A stretch of 40,868 nt of DNA, taken from positions 1-40,868 of IMG/VR virus record IMGVR_UViG_2917875804_000004. One strand, given 5' to 3'. Under the pieces are notes generated by a model that made no database searches, was not told where the DNA came from, and saw nothing but the letters and a program-made list of their open reading frames with translations. Below are positions 8,494 through 17,997 of the stretch, piece after piece; the first letter of the stretch is position 1, and every line of letters starts with the position of its first letter. This stretch comes from a virus. Its lineage: Duplodnaviria; Heunggongvirae; Uroviricota; Caudoviricetes. A program made the position numbers and the translations under genes.

Positions 8494-9144
8494 TTATGGA
8501 AGGTTTGCTATTTTTGCATCGACAACTACACCGATGATTTTGCAGTTCCCGTTGATCTCAATCATCGGATATTGTGGGTTAAGTGGTTTTAGAAACCTCC
8601 TGCCAGCATCAATAACTAACTTCTTGAAAGTTGCCTCGTTTTCTCCTTCGAGCTTTGCCACTACCAGCTTCCCATTACGAGGTTCTACTTCAGGATCGAC
8701 GAGTATTATCATCCCTTCAGGGATGCTAAGACCGGCTGGAGCCGTCATCGAATCACCTTTTACGTCCAGCCAAAACGAATCTTCTGAACAATCTACGGTT
8801 GTATCGTACCAGTTATCTATTGCACGCTTATGATATGGCTCTACAGCTTCCATCCAACATCCTGCGCTTACCCAACTAATTAGAGGATACGAACCTCTTG
8901 GATCATGCCTGCTGTGATAGGCAATGTTTGAAAGACTATCTTCTCCTTTCAACAAGTAATCAGGGGAGCACTGCAAAGCCTTGGCTAAGGCCAATAGGTT
9001 TTCGCCATTGGGCTCAGTTTCAGAACGCTCCCATTGGGAAATAGCAACATTAGACACGCCAACCATCTTGCCAAGGGCAGCCTGCCTAATCTTGAGTTCT
9101 TTTCTGCGAGCGCGAATACGCTCACCCATCAGTTGTGTATTCAT
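8494..9144 (-). CDS. c2: Prophage repressor, P22 C2-type (HTH plus S24 LexA-like autopeptidase domain)
   Basis: 216-aa product nearly identical to remembered P22 C2. Confidence 0.9.
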   Translation of the reverse strand: MNTQLMGERIRARRKELKIRQAALGKMVGVSNVAISQWERSETEPNGENLLALAKALQCSPDYLLKGEDSLSNIAYHSRHDPRGSYPLISWVSAGCWMEAVEPYHKRAIDNWYDTTVDCSEDSFWLDVKGDSMTAPAGLSIPEGMIILVDPEVEPRNGKLVVAKLEGENEATFKKLVIDAGRRFLKPLNPQYPMIEINGNCKIIGVVVDAKIANLP

Positions 9145-9224
9145 AGTTAAGATATCTTAAATAAACTTGACTTAAGATTCCTTTGATAGATAATTTAAGT
9201 GTTCTTTAATTTCGGAGCGAGTCT
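9145..9224. promoter_or_regulatory. OR operator region with divergent PRM/PR; PR -35 TTGACT (9166-9171), -10 GATAAT (9189-9194)
   Basis: Operator-like half-site palindromes, e.g. AGTTAAGATATCTTAAAT and ATTTAAGTGTTCTTTAAT; canonical promoter hexamers with 17-bp spacing. Confidence 0.65.
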
Positions 9225-9410
9225 ATGTACAAGAAAGATGTTATCGACCACTTCGGAACCCAGCGTGCGGTAGCTAAAGCGTTAGGCATTAGCGATGCAG
9301 CAGTCTCTCAGTGGAAGGAAGTCATCCCAGAGAAAGACGCCTATCGACTGGAAGTCGTTACAGCTGGCGCCCTGAAGTATCAAGAAAGTGCTTATCGCAA
9401 AGCGGCATAA
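9225..9410 (+). CDS. cro: Cro repressor, P22-type
   Basis: 61-aa product matching remembered P22 Cro. Confidence 0.85.
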   Translation: MYKKDVIDHFGTQRAVAKALGISDAAVSQWKEVIPEKDAYRLEVVTAGALKYQESAYRKAA

Positions 9411-9417
9411 GCAAATT

Positions 9418-9460
9418 GCTCTTTAACAGTCATGGTCCTCATTCCCGCCGAAATGCGGGA
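9418..9460 (+). promoter_or_regulatory. nutR candidate: boxA GCTCTTTAACA plus boxB hairpin
   Basis: Identical boxA/boxB to the nutL candidate; located between cro and c1. Confidence 0.6.
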
Positions 9461-9518
9461 ATACAACGCGCATCAGTTGGTGCGTATAACTTCTTATTTG
9501 TTAAGGAAATACTTACAT

Positions 9519-9797
9519 ATGCAACTTACAAGTACTCGCAAGAAAGCGAATGCAATTACAAGCAACATCCTAAATCGAATTGCTGTACGTGGTCAGCGAA
9601 AGGTTGCTGATGCATTAGGGATTAATGAATCGCAAATTTCGCGATGGAAAGACAGCTTTATCCCAAAGATGGCCATGCTTCTGGCTGTGCTGGAGTGGGG
9701 TGTTGAAGACGAGGAATTAGCGGAGCTGGCAAAGAAAGTAGCCATGGTGCTGACAAAAGAAAAGCCTCAAGACTGCTGCAACAGTTTTGAGGCCTGA
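9519..9797 (+). CDS. c1: CII-like transcriptional activator (P22 C1)
   Basis: AAGGAAA SD; product from MQLTSTRKKANAITSN matches remembered P22 C1. Confidence 0.8.
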   Translation: MQLTSTRKKANAITSNILNRIAVRGQRKVADALGINESQISRWKDSFIPKMAMLLAVLEWGVEDEELAELAKKVAMVLTKEKPQDCCNSFEA

Positions 9798-9831
9798 TGT
9801 AGAAAGACTGGATCAATCCACAGGAGTAATT

Positions 9832-9993
9832 ATGACAAAACGTCGTAAGAAATACCAGGAAAAAGAAGAGATTCGACACTCTGATTCACCTGAGGGATTA
9901 GTGGTAGCCGCAGCAAATAACAGGGCGTTCGCAGAGCGCCTTGTTGGTGTTTACAGACTAGCCAAAGCAGGAGTGAAACATGGGCGTCGTTAA
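9832..9993 (+). CDS. Small hypothetical protein (53 aa)
   Basis: AGGAG SD 5 nt upstream of ATG at 9832; ends overlapping the initiator start. Confidence 0.45.
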   Translation: MTKRRKKYQEKEEIRHSDSPEGLVVAAANNRAFAERLVGVYRLAKAGVKHGRR

Positions 9994-10801
9994 GTTAGCT
10001 GATTACAGGCCTCAACTTGAGGTCGTGGAGCATCGCGTGGCAGATACCGAAGATGGTTTCATGCGCGTTGCTAACGAGATTACCGACAGTCTGCTGATGG
10101 CTGATTTAACCGTCCGGCAGTTGAAGGTGATGCTCGCTATCATGCGCAAGACATACGGATTCAATAAGCCGATGGATCGACTCACAAACACGCAGATAGC
10201 AGCCATGACAGGTATTCACCACACTCATGTTTGCGCTGCCAAGCGCCAGCTTATTGAGCGTAAATTCCTCATTGCTGATGGCGTGAAAATCGGAGTGAAC
10301 AAGGTGGTTTCGCAGTGGATTAGCCAGGACAGCTTAACATTAGCTAAAACAGCTAATAAAACATTAGCCGAGTCGGCTAATGGGTATAAGCCAAGTCAGC
10401 TAAACACAAAAGACAATATACAAAAGACAATAAATACAAATACCCCCTTACCCCCTAACGGGGGCGGCGATGGGCAGGTTAAACCTGAACGTCGCAAGGC
10501 AGAACGCATCGACTACGAATCCTTCCTGAACGCCTACAACACCGAAGTCGGTGACAGACTTCCACATGCTGTTGCGGTCAACGAGAAACGCAAACGTCGC
10601 TTGAAGAAAATCATTCCGCAACTGAAAACGCCAAACGTGGACGGTTTCAGAGCGTATGTCAGGGCGTTTGTGCATCAGGCCAAGCCGTTTTACTTCGGAG
10701 ACAACGACACGGGCTGGACGGCTGATTTTGATTACCTGTTGAGGGAAGATTCGTTAACGGGAGTACGGGAAGGGAAGTTTGCAGACAGGGGGATTGCATG
10801 A
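9980..10801 (+). CDS. Replication initiator, lambda O / P22 gene 18 analogue
   Basis: Position between cII-like gene and helicase; contains internal iteron/AT-rich ori-like segment. Confidence 0.75.
   Translation: MGVVKLADYRPQLEVVEHRVADTEDGFMRVANEITDSLLMADLTVRQLKVMLAIMRKTYGFNKPMDRLTNTQIAAMTGIHHTHVCAAKRQLIERKFLIADGVKIGVNKVVSQWISQDSLTLAKTANKTLAESANGYKPSQLNTKDNIQKTINTNTPLPPNGGGDGQVKPERRKAERIDYESFLNAYNTEVGDRLPHAVAVNEKRKRRLKKIIPQLKTPNVDGFRAYVRAFVHQAKPFYFGDNDTGWTADFDYLLREDSLTGVREGKFADRGIA
10320..10460 (+). promoter_or_regulatory. Putative replication origin inside the initiator gene
   Basis: Repeated ACATTAGC and AGCTAA motifs, direct repeat CAAAAGACAATA, AT-rich tract, then GC hairpin CCCCCTAACGGGGG. 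Confidence 0.45.
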
Positions 10802-12174
10802 GACAGGATATCGAAGCGAGCGTTATCGGTGGCCTGCTGATTGGTGGATTAACTCCAACCGCCAGCGACGTTCTGGCAACACTGGAGCCGGAAGCGTTTT
10901 CAATTCCGCTCTACAGAAAAGCCTTCGAGGTTATCCGCAAGCAGGCGAGAAACAGAAACCTAATCGACGCGCTGCTTGTTGCCGAGGAGTGCGGAGAGGA
11001 GCATTTCACGTCAATCCTGATGACCAGCAAAAACTGCCCGAGTGCCGCAAACCTGAAGGGATATGCCGGAATGGTCGCGGATAACTATCACCGCCGTCTG
11101 GTGCTGGAAATCATGGATGAAATGCGTGAACCAATTCGGAGCGGAACCATCGACGCATCGAGTCAGGCGATGGATGAGCTTGTAAAGCGTCTCTCAGCCA
11201 TCAGAAAGCCCCGTGACGAGGTTAAACCGGTGCGGTTAGGGGAAATCATCACTGACTACACTGACACGCTTGACAGGCGTCTGAGGAACGGAGAAGAGTC
11301 AGATACCCTGAAGACCGGAATCGAAGAACTTGACGCCATCACCGGAGGGATGAACGCGGAAGACCTGGTGATTATCGCCGCTCGTCCTGGTATGGGGAAA
11401 ACCGAACTGGCGCTGAAGATTGCCGAAGGCGTTGCAAGCCGCGTTATTCCTGGTTCTGACGTTCGGCGCGGAGTATTGATTTTCTCGATGGAAATGAGCG
11501 CATTGCAGATTGCAGAGCGAAGCATTGCCAACGCCGGGAGGATGTCGGTTAGCGTGCTGCGAAATCCTGCTTCGATGGATGACGAAGGCTGGGCGCGCGT
11601 TGCTAACGGCATGAGTCAGCTTGCAGATTTGGATGTATGGGTAGTCGATGCCTCGCGGTTATCGGTCGAAGAAATACGCTCAATCGCAGAACGGCACAAA
11701 CAGGAAAATCCAAACCTGTCACTCATCATGGTGGATTATCTTGGCCTGATTGAGAAGCCGAAAGCAGATCGCAACGACCTCGCAATTGCTCACATCTCCG
11801 GAAGCCTGAAGGCGATGGCGAAAGACCTGAAAACGCCAGTTATCTCCCTAAGTCAGCTTTCGCGCGATGTTGAGAAGCGACCAAACAAACGCCCGACAAA
11901 CGCAGATTTGCGTGATTCAGGAAGCATTGAACAGGACGCAGACTCAATCATCATGCTCTATCGGGAAGCGGTATATGACGAGAACAGTAGCGCCGCGCCA
12001 TTTGCTGAAATCATTGTGACGAAAAACCGTTTTGGCTCGCTTGGTACGGTTTACCAGCGGTTCTGCAACGGACACTTTGTTGCATGTGACCAGGATGAAG
12101 CCAGACAGATTTGCACAGCATCAAATGCACCTGCTGCGCGTGGCAGACGATATGCACAAGGGGCTGACGTATGA
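10798..12174 (+). CDS. DnaB-family replicative helicase (P22 gene 12-like)
   Basis: 458-aa product with Walker A GMGKT and DnaB-like C-terminal domain; ATGA overlap with the initiator stop. Confidence 0.9.
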   Translation: MRQDIEASVIGGLLIGGLTPTASDVLATLEPEAFSIPLYRKAFEVIRKQARNRNLIDALLVAEECGEEHFTSILMTSKNCPSAANLKGYAGMVADNYHRRLVLEIMDEMREPIRSGTIDASSQAMDELVKRLSAIRKPRDEVKPVRLGEIITDYTDTLDRRLRNGEESDTLKTGIEELDAITGGMNAEDLVIIAARPGMGKTELALKIAEGVASRVIPGSDVRRGVLIFSMEMSALQIAERSIANAGRMSVSVLRNPASMDDEGWARVANGMSQLADLDVWVVDASRLSVEEIRSIAERHKQENPNLSLIMVDYLGLIEKPKADRNDLAIAHISGSLKAMAKDLKTPVISLSQLSRDVEKRPNKRPTNADLRDSGSIEQDADSIIMLYREAVYDENSSAAPFAEIIVTKNRFGSLGTVYQRFCNGHFVACDQDEARQICTASNAPAARGRRYAQGADV

Positions 12175-12199
12175 CCATCTACATCACTGAGCTAATAAC

Positions 12200-12232
12200 A
12201 GGCCTGCTGGTAATCGCAGGCCTTTTTTATTT
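12200..12232 (+). terminator. Strong rho-independent terminator (AGGCCTGC-8 nt loop-GCAGGCCT then T6), tR2-like
   Basis: Perfect 8-bp stem and T-run directly after the helicase. Confidence 0.6.
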
Positions 12233-12247
12233 GGGGGAGAGTAAATC

Positions 12248-12454
12248 GTGGTTGAGTTGATTTTCTCTGCATTGAGGCTTCTCGGTGCTCTGTGGATGGT
12301 GGCGACGTTCATTGTGGTTGCTGGCTGTTTTGTCCGGTTGGTAGGCGAAGGTAAAGACCTGGGGAATATGCTTTTAGGTAGCATTTTCCTGTGGGGGATT
12401 ATCGGTGTTATGCCTGTTGTCGTAGCAAAAATGGCGTGGCGTTTTGTGAGTTAA
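12248..12454 (+). CDS. Small membrane protein (68 aa, two predicted TM helices)
   Basis: GTG start with GGGGGAGAG SD; hydrophobic product. Confidence 0.5.
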   Translation: MVELIFSALRLLGALWMVATFIVVAGCFVRLVGEGKDLGNMLLGSIFLWGIIGVMPVVVAKMAWRFVS

Positions 12455-12466
12455 GCGGAGGTAAGC

Positions 12467-12787
12467 GTGGCTGACTGGCAAATACCAATCATCATTCTTG
12501 CCGGAGCTTCGCTGGTTGCTGGCTTTATCCTGCTGAAAAAGCATAAAGACCGTGATCAAAAAGTCGAAGTTCTCTATGGGTATCCAGCGAACAGCACAAC
12601 ATGGCTGACCATTTACCACTACCGAAAATCAGGACGCTGGGTATTCGAACGGGATGATCTGTTCGCTGAAAAGCGACCAAAGTCATGGGGAGACATCAGC
12701 GAATGCATGATGTTTGAAGAAAGAAAATCCGGCGCAACACGAGAAGAGTTTAACGAAGCGTGGAGGAGATTAAGTGAGAGAGGGTAA
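12467..12787 (+). CDS. Hypothetical protein (106 aa) with N-terminal TM helix
   Basis: GTG start with GGAGG SD. Confidence 0.5.
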   Translation: MADWQIPIIILAGASLVAGFILLKKHKDRDQKVEVLYGYPANSTTWLTIYHYRKSGRWVFERDDLFAEKRPKSWGDISECMMFEERKSGATREEFNEAWRRLSERG

Positions 12788-12793
12788 GCACTG

Positions 12794-12976
12794 ATGGCAA
12801 ATGCATTTATTTATAGTTTATTTCTTGTCGCGATTTTTCATGGATGTCTTCTGATTATGAGTTTTGCTCTCTGGAAGAATGGATATCGCATATTGGGAGC
12901 GGGGTTTGTTTTACGGTTATCAGTTGTCGGCGCGTTGCTACCAATAATTATGTCGATTATCAAATATTATTGGTAA
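12794..12976 (+). CDS. Small membrane protein (60 aa, two predicted TM helices)
   Basis: ORF in an AT-rich stretch; hydrophobic product. Confidence 0.4.
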   Translation: MANAFIYSLFLVAIFHGCLLIMSFALWKNGYRILGAGFVLRLSVVGALLPIIMSIIKYYW

Positions 12977-13003
12977 CCCAAAAAATTATAAACGGACAGG
13001 AAT

Positions 13004-13336
13004 ATGGACGAATCAAGAAAGCAGTTTGAAGAAAGTTGGTTGCGACGTGGAGGCGAATCTTCAGACCTTATCCGTTACCCTGAAAATCACTATGAAATTG
13101 GCAGCGGTAATATTGGCGGTCAATACGTGATGGACGATGTTCAAGGCCACTGGCAAACGTGGCAGGCATCGCGCTCTGCTATTGAACTGGATATCGACTG
13201 GCCCGAATCGAATGACAACTTTTGGAAAGGTGGCGAAGAAGGCGCTTATGCGATGGGGCATGAGGATGGGAAGGACAAAACGGTAATTGCAGTGATGAAA
13301 GCCATCATAGCCGCTGGAGTCAAAGTGAAGGAGTGA
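13004..13336 (+). CDS. Hypothetical protein (110 aa)
   Basis: ORF with plausible SD; no family recognised. Confidence 0.5.
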   Translation: MDESRKQFEESWLRRGGESSDLIRYPENHYEIGSGNIGGQYVMDDVQGHWQTWQASRSAIELDIDWPESNDNFWKGGEEGAYAMGHEDGKDKTVIAVMKAIIAAGVKVKE

Positions 13337-13338
13337 GT

Positions 13339-13503
13339 ATGAGCGCATACGAAGAAATCATGTTAGCCCTGCGATTCTTTTTCGATGTGGAAGATGATGA
13401 AAACGTAAATGAGATTATCGGGCAAGACCATGACCCGATAGGGACTATTGCAGCTGCACTTGACGATTACAGGAGCGTAAATGGTGAGGAAACTAACATT
13501 TGA
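13339..13503 (+). CDS. Small acidic hypothetical protein (54 aa)
   Basis: ATG at 13339 close behind the previous stop; ends overlapping the ninB start; below ORF-track cutoff. Confidence 0.35.
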   Translation: MSAYEEIMLALRFFFDVEDDENVNEIIGQDHDPIGTIAAALDDYRSVNGEETNI

Positions 13504-13924
13504 ACTAAGAAGCCCCATCCATCAGCAGAACGCCATTCAAGCTATCCAGCAAATCCTTCCAGACCCAACCAAACCAATCGTAGTAACCATTCAGGAGCGC
13601 AACCGCAGCTTAGACCAGAATCGAAAGCTTTGGGCTTGCCTTGGTGACGTCTCTCGTCAGGTTGAATGGCATGGTCGCTGGCTGGATGCAGAAAGCTGGA
13701 AGTGTGTGTTTACCGCAGCATTAAAGCAGCAGGATGTTGTTCCTAACCTTGCCGGGAATGGCTTTGTGGTAATAGGCCAGTCAACCAGCAGGATGCGTGT
13801 AAGCGAATTTGCGGAGCTATTAGAGCTTATACAGGCATTCGGTACAGAGCGTGGCGTTAAGTGGTCAGACGAAGCGCGACTGGCTCTGGAGTGGAAAGCG
13901 CGATGGGGAGACCGGGCAGCATGA
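13481..13924 (+). CDS. ninB: NinB (Orf) recombination protein
   Basis: 147-aa product matching lambda NinB by memory. Confidence 0.85.
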   Translation: MVRKLTFELRSPIHQQNAIQAIQQILPDPTKPIVVTIQERNRSLDQNRKLWACLGDVSRQVEWHGRWLDAESWKCVFTAALKQQDVVPNLAGNGFVVIGQSTSRMRVSEFAELLELIQAFGTERGVKWSDEARLALEWKARWGDRAA

Positions 13925-14094
13925 TGCGATGTTATCGGTGCGGTGAATGCAAAGAAGATAACCGCTTCCGACCAAATCAACCTTACTGGAATCGATGGTG
14001 TCTCCGGTGTGAAAGAACACCAACAGGGGTGTTACCACTACCGCAGGAAAAGGAGGACGTGTGGCGAGACAGCGACGAAGTATCACCGACATAA
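13921..14094 (+). CDS. ninD: NinD-like zinc-ribbon protein (57 aa)
   Basis: ATGA overlap with the ninB stop; Cys pairs CYRCGEC...CLRC. Confidence 0.5.
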
Positions 14095-14243
14095 TCTGCG
14101 AAAACTGCAAATACCTTCCAACGAAACGCTCCAGAAATAAACGCAAGCCAATCCCAAAAGAATCTGACGTAAAAACCTTCAATTACACGGCTCACCTGTG
14201 GGATATCCGGTGGCTAAGACATCGTGCGAGGAAAACAAGGTGA
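14061..14243 (+). CDS. ninE: NinE
   Basis: 60-aa product matching lambda NinE by memory. Confidence 0.7.
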
Positions 14244-14410
14244 TTGACCCAAATCGAAGTTACGAACAAGAAAGCGTCGAGCAGGCTTTAACGTGCGCTA
14301 ACTGCGGTCAGAAGCTGCATGTGTTGGAAGTTCACGTGTGTGAGTACTGCTGCGCAGAACTGATGAGCGATCCGAATAGCTCAATGCACGAGGAAGAAGA
14401 CGATGGCTAA
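14240..14410 (+). CDS. ninF: NinF
   Basis: GTG start with GAGGAA SD; 56-aa Cys-rich product matching lambda NinF by memory. Confidence 0.6.
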   Translation: MIDPNRSYEQESVEQALTCANCGQKLHVLEVHVCEYCCAELMSDPNSSMHEEEDDG

Positions 14411-15014
14411 ACCAGCGCGAAGACGATGTAAAAACGATGAATGTCGGGAATGGTTTCACCCTGCATTCGCTAATCAGTGGTGGTGCTCTCCAGAGTGTGG
14501 AACAAAGATAGCACTCGAACGACGAAGCAAAGAACGCGAAAAAGCGGAAAAAGCAGCAGAGAAGAAACGACGACGAGAGGAGCAGAAACAGAAAGATAAA
14601 ATTAAGATTCGAAAACTCGCCTTAAAGCCCCGCAGTTACTGGATTAAACAAGCCCAACAAGCCGTAAACGCCTTCATCAGAGAAAGAGACCGCGACTTAC
14701 CATGTATCTCGTGCGGAACGCTCACGTCTGCTCAGTGGGATGCCGGGCATTACCGGACAACTGCTGCGGCACCTCAACTCCGATTTGATGAACGCAATAT
14801 TCACAAGCAATGCGTGGTGTGCAACCAGCACAAAAGCGGAAATCTCGTTCCGTATCGCGTCGAACTGATTAATCGCATCGGGCAGGAAGCAGTAGACGAA
14901 ATCGAATCAAACCATAACCGCCATCGCTGGACTGTCGAAGAGTGCAGGGCCATCAAGGCGGAGTATCAGCAGAAACTTAAAAATCTGCGAAACAGCAGAA
15001 GTGAGGCAGCATGA
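14403..15014 (+). CDS. ninG: NinG (Rap) recombination-associated endonuclease
   Basis: 203-aa product matching lambda NinG by memory. Confidence 0.85.
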   Translation: MAKPARRRCKNDECREWFHPAFANQWWCSPECGTKIALERRSKEREKAEKAAEKKRRREEQKQKDKIKIRKLALKPRSYWIKQAQQAVNAFIRERDRDLPCISCGTLTSAQWDAGHYRTTAAAPQLRFDERNIHKQCVVCNQHKSGNLVPYRVELINRIGQEAVDEIESNHNRHRWTVEECRAIKAEYQQKLKNLRNSRSEAA

Positions 15015-15676
15015 ATATCTACGAAAGAATTGATGGCAGCAACTACCGAAATATTTGGGTAGCTGGCGACCTGCACGGATGCTACACGAACCTGATGAAC
15101 AAACTGGATACGATTGGATTCGACACCAAAAAAGACCTGCTTATCTCGGTTGGCGATTTGGTTGATCGTGGTGCAGAGAACGTTGAATGCCTGGAATTAA
15201 TCACATTCCCCTGGTTCAGAGCTGTACGTGGAAACCATGAGCACATGATGATTGATGGCTTATCAGAGCGTGGAAACGTCAATCACTGGCTGCTTAATGG
15301 CGGTGGCTGGTTCTTTAATCTCGATTACGACAAAGAAATTCTGGCTAAAGCTCTTGCCCATAAAGCAGATGAACTTCCGTTAATCATCGAACTGGTGAGC
15401 AAAGATAAAAAATATGTCATCTGCCACGCCGATTATCCTTGTGACGAATACGAGTTTGGAAAGCCAGTTGATCATCAGCAGGTAATCTGGAACCGCGAAC
15501 GAATCAGCAACTCACAAGACGGGATCGTGAAAGAAATCAAAGGCGCGGACACGTTCATCTTTGGTCATACGCCAGCAGTGAAACCACTTAAATTTGCCAA
15601 CCAGATGTATATCGATACCGGCGCAGTGTTCTGCGGAAACCTCACATTGATTCAGGTACAGGGAGAAGGCGCATGA
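15011..15676 (+). CDS. ninI: Ser/Thr protein phosphatase (lambda NinI-type)
   Basis: 221-aa product with metallophosphatase motifs GDLHG, GDLVDRG, GNHE. Confidence 0.9.
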   Translation: MNIYERIDGSNYRNIWVAGDLHGCYTNLMNKLDTIGFDTKKDLLISVGDLVDRGAENVECLELITFPWFRAVRGNHEHMMIDGLSERGNVNHWLLNGGGWFFNLDYDKEILAKALAHKADELPLIIELVSKDKKYVICHADYPCDEYEFGKPVDHQQVIWNRERISNSQDGIVKEIKGADTFIFGHTPAVKPLKFANQMYIDTGAVFCGNLTLIQVQGEGA

Positions 15677-16296
15677 GACTCGAAAGCGTAGCTAAATTTC
15701 ATTCGCCAAAAAGCCCGATGATGAGTGACTCACCACGGGCCACGGCTTCTGACTCTCTTTCCGGTACTGATGTGATGGCTGCTATGGGGATGGCGCAATC
15801 ACAAGCCGGATTCGGAATGGCTGCATTCTGCGGTAAGCATGAACTCAGCCAGAACGACAAACAAAAGGCTATCAACTATCTGATGCAATTTGCACACAAG
15901 GTATCGGGGAAATACCGTGGTGTGGCAAAGCTTGAAGGAAATACTAAGGCAAAGGTACTGCAAGTGCTCGCAACATTCGCTTATGCGGATTATTGCCGTA
16001 GTGCCGCGACGCCGGGTGCAAGATGCAGAGATTGCCACGGTACAGGCCGTGCGGTTGATATTGTCAAAACAGAGCTGTGGGGGAGAGTTGTTGAGAAAGA
16101 GTGCGGAAGATGCAAAGGTGTCGGCTATTCAAGAATGCCAGCAAGCGCCGCATATCGCGCTGTAACGATGCTAATCCCAAACCTTACTCAACCCACCTGG
16201 TCACGCACTGTTAAGCCACTGTATGACGCTCTGGTGGTGCAATGCCACAAGGAAGAGTCAATCGCAGACAACATTTTGAATGCGGTCACACGTTAG
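15673..16296 (+). CDS. Q: Late-gene antiterminator Q
   Basis: 207-aa product matching lambda Q by memory, including the Cys-rich zinc site. Confidence 0.9.
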   Translation: MRLESVAKFHSPKSPMMSDSPRATASDSLSGTDVMAAMGMAQSQAGFGMAAFCGKHELSQNDKQKAINYLMQFAHKVSGKYRGVAKLEGNTKAKVLQVLATFAYADYCRSAATPGARCRDCHGTGRAVDIVKTELWGRVVEKECGRCKGVGYSRMPASAAYRAVTMLIPNLTQPTWSRTVKPLYDALVVQCHKEESIADNILNAVTR

Positions 16297-16338
16297 CAGC
16301 ATGATTGCCACGGATGGCAACATATTAACGGCATGATA

Positions 16339-16367
16339 TTGACTTTTTGAATAAGGTTGGGTAAATT
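16339..16367 (+). promoter_or_regulatory. Late promoter PR-prime (-35 TTGACT, -10 TAAATT) with overlapping qut site
   Basis: Canonical hexamers with 17-bp spacing directly downstream of Q. Confidence 0.6.
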
Positions 16368-16507
16368 TGACCCAACGATGGGTTAATTCGCTCGTTGTGG
16401 TAGTGAGATAAAAAGAGGCGGCGCTTACTACCGATTCCGCCTAGTTGGTCACTTCGACGTATCGTCTGGAACTCCAACCATCGCAGGCTGAGAGGTCTGC
16501 AAAATGC

Positions 16508-16570
16508 AATCCCGAAACAGTTCGCAGGTAATAGTTAGAGCCTGCATAACGGTTTCGGGATTTTTTATTT
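16508..16570 (+). terminator. tR-prime terminator ending the short 6S-like leader transcript
   Basis: Long stem ATCCCGAAAC...GTTTCGGGAT followed by TTTTTTATTT. Confidence 0.6.
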
Positions 16571-16645
16571 GGGTCAGTCGTATAAAGGTCATTACGGAAG
16601 GCTGTTAACCTTCTTATCGTGGTTCGAGTCCACGCTGTCCCGCCA
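16571..16645 (+). tRNA. tRNA, anticodon GUU (Asn) by manual cloverleaf; one mismatch each in acceptor and D stems
   Basis: Hand-folded: perfect T arm CGTGG-TTCGAGT-CCACG, anticodon arm GAAGG-CTGTTAA-CCTTC, encoded CCA. Confidence 0.55.
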
Positions 16646-16650
16646 AACAT

Positions 16651-16726
16651 GCTGGTTTAGCTCTAATGGTAGAGCAGTCGCCTTGTAAGCGAATGGGTAG
16701 CGGTTCAAGTCCGTTAACCAGCACCA
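16651..16726 (+). tRNA. tRNA, anticodon UGU (Thr) by manual cloverleaf
   Basis: Hand-folded 76-nt cloverleaf: acceptor GCTGGTT/AACCAGC, D stem GCTC/GAGC, T loop TTCAAGT, encoded CCA. Confidence 0.65.
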
Positions 16727-16844
16727 TAACTGAGCCGTAGCCACTGGCTATCCTGAATTCATCAGTGATAGTTACGCTGCGGCCTTCTTTTTTCCCCTTC
16801 CCAATATAAGAACTACGCAATCCGTTACTGGCGGAGGCGTTGCT

Positions 16845-17060
16845 ATGAAATCAATGGACAAAATCTCAACTGGCATTGCCTACGGAACATCTGCTGGTAG
16901 TGCAGGATACTGGTTTTTGCAGTGGTTGGATCAGGTCAGTCCGTCACAGTGGGCAGCGATTGGAGTGCTTGGAAGCCTTGTGTTGGGTTTTCTCACTTAT
17001 CTGACAAATCTGTATTTCAAAATCAGAGAAGACAGACGAAAGGCTGCGAGAGGTGAATAA
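16845..17060 (+). CDS. S: Pinholin S21 with dual-start motif (MKSM...)
   Basis: 71-aa product matching phage 21 S by memory; two Met starts 3 codons apart. Confidence 0.9.
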   Translation: MKSMDKISTGIAYGTSAGSAGYWFLQWLDQVSPSQWAAIGVLGSLVLGFLTYLTNLYFKIREDRRKAARGE

Positions 17061-17557
17061 TGCCTCCATCATTACGAAAAGCCGTTGCTGCTGCTATTGG
17101 TGGCGGGGCTATTGCCATAGCATCTGTGTTAATCACTGGCCCAAGTGGTAACGATGGTCTGGAAGGTGTGAGACATAATCCTTACAAAGACATAGTTGGT
17201 GTATGGACTGTATGTTACGGGCATACAGGAAAAGACATCATTCCCGGTAAAACGTATACCGAAGCAGAATGCAAAGCCCTCCTGAATAAAGACCTTGCCA
17301 CGGTCGCCAGACAAATTAACCCGTACATCAAAGTCGATATACCGGAAACAACGCGCGGCGCTCTTTACTCGTTCGTTTACAACGTGGGTGCAGGCAATTT
17401 CAGAACATCGACGCTTCTTCGCAAAATAAACCAGGGCGATATCAAAGGCGCATGTGACCAGCTACGTCGCTGGACATACGCTGGCGGTAAGCAATGGAAA
17501 GGGCTGATGACCCGTCGTGATATTGAGCGTGAAGTCTGTTTGTGGGGGCAGCAATGA
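17060..17557 (+). CDS. R: SAR endolysin (phage 21 R-type lysozyme)
   Basis: N-terminal Gly/Ala-rich signal-arrest-release segment followed by lysozyme domain. Confidence 0.9.
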   Translation: MPPSLRKAVAAAIGGGAIAIASVLITGPSGNDGLEGVRHNPYKDIVGVWTVCYGHTGKDIIPGKTYTEAECKALLNKDLATVARQINPYIKVDIPETTRGALYSFVYNVGAGNFRTSTLLRKINQGDIKGACDQLRRWTYAGGKQWKGLMTRRDIEREVCLWGQQ

Positions 17558-17997
17558 GCAGGTTAACCGCGATTATCTCCGCTCTGATTATCTGCATCAT
17601 CGTCTGCCTGTCATGGGCTGTTAATCATTACCGTGATAACGCCATCGCCTACAAAGACCAGCGCGATAAAGCCACATCCATCATCGCTGATATGCAGAAG
17701 CGTCAACGTGATGTAGCAGAACTTGACGCCAGATACACAAAGGAGCTTGCTGATGCTAACGCGACTATCGAAAGTCTCCGTGCTGATGTTTCTGCTGGGC
17801 GTAAGCGGCTGCGCTTCAATGCAGTCTGTCCCGACATGCATAAAATCACCGCCGCCTCCGGCGTGGATGATGGCGCCAGCCCCAGACTTACTGACACCGC
17901 TCAACGGGATTATTTCGTTCTCAGAGAGCGCATCGAAACCATAACTAACCAATTGAATGGCCTGCAAGAGTATGTGAGATCACAGTGTTCATATTAG
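17554..17997 (+). CDS. Rz: i-spanin Rz
   Basis: N-terminal TM helix, coiled-coil periplasmic domain; overlaps the R stop. Confidence 0.8.
   Translation: MSRLTAIISALIICIIVCLSWAVNHYRDNAIAYKDQRDKATSIIADMQKRQRDVAELDARYTKELADANATIESLRADVSAGRKRLRFNAVCPDMHKITAASGVDDGASPRLTDTAQRDYFVLRERIETITNQLNGLQEYVRSQCSY
17753..17944 (+). CDS. Rz1: o-spanin Rz1 lipoprotein, embedded in the +1 frame of Rz
   Basis: Lipobox LLGVSGC and Pro-rich segment [14 protein letters not shown] as in lambda Rz1. Confidence 0.7.
   Translation: MLTRLSKVSVLMFLLGVSGCASMQSVPTCIKSPPPPAWMMAPAPDLLTPLNGIISFSESASKP

Noticed and set aside
9311-9610. 99-aa plus-strand ORF spanning the cro end, nutR and c1 start
   Set aside because: Out-of-frame overlap with cro and c1 and with the nutR site.
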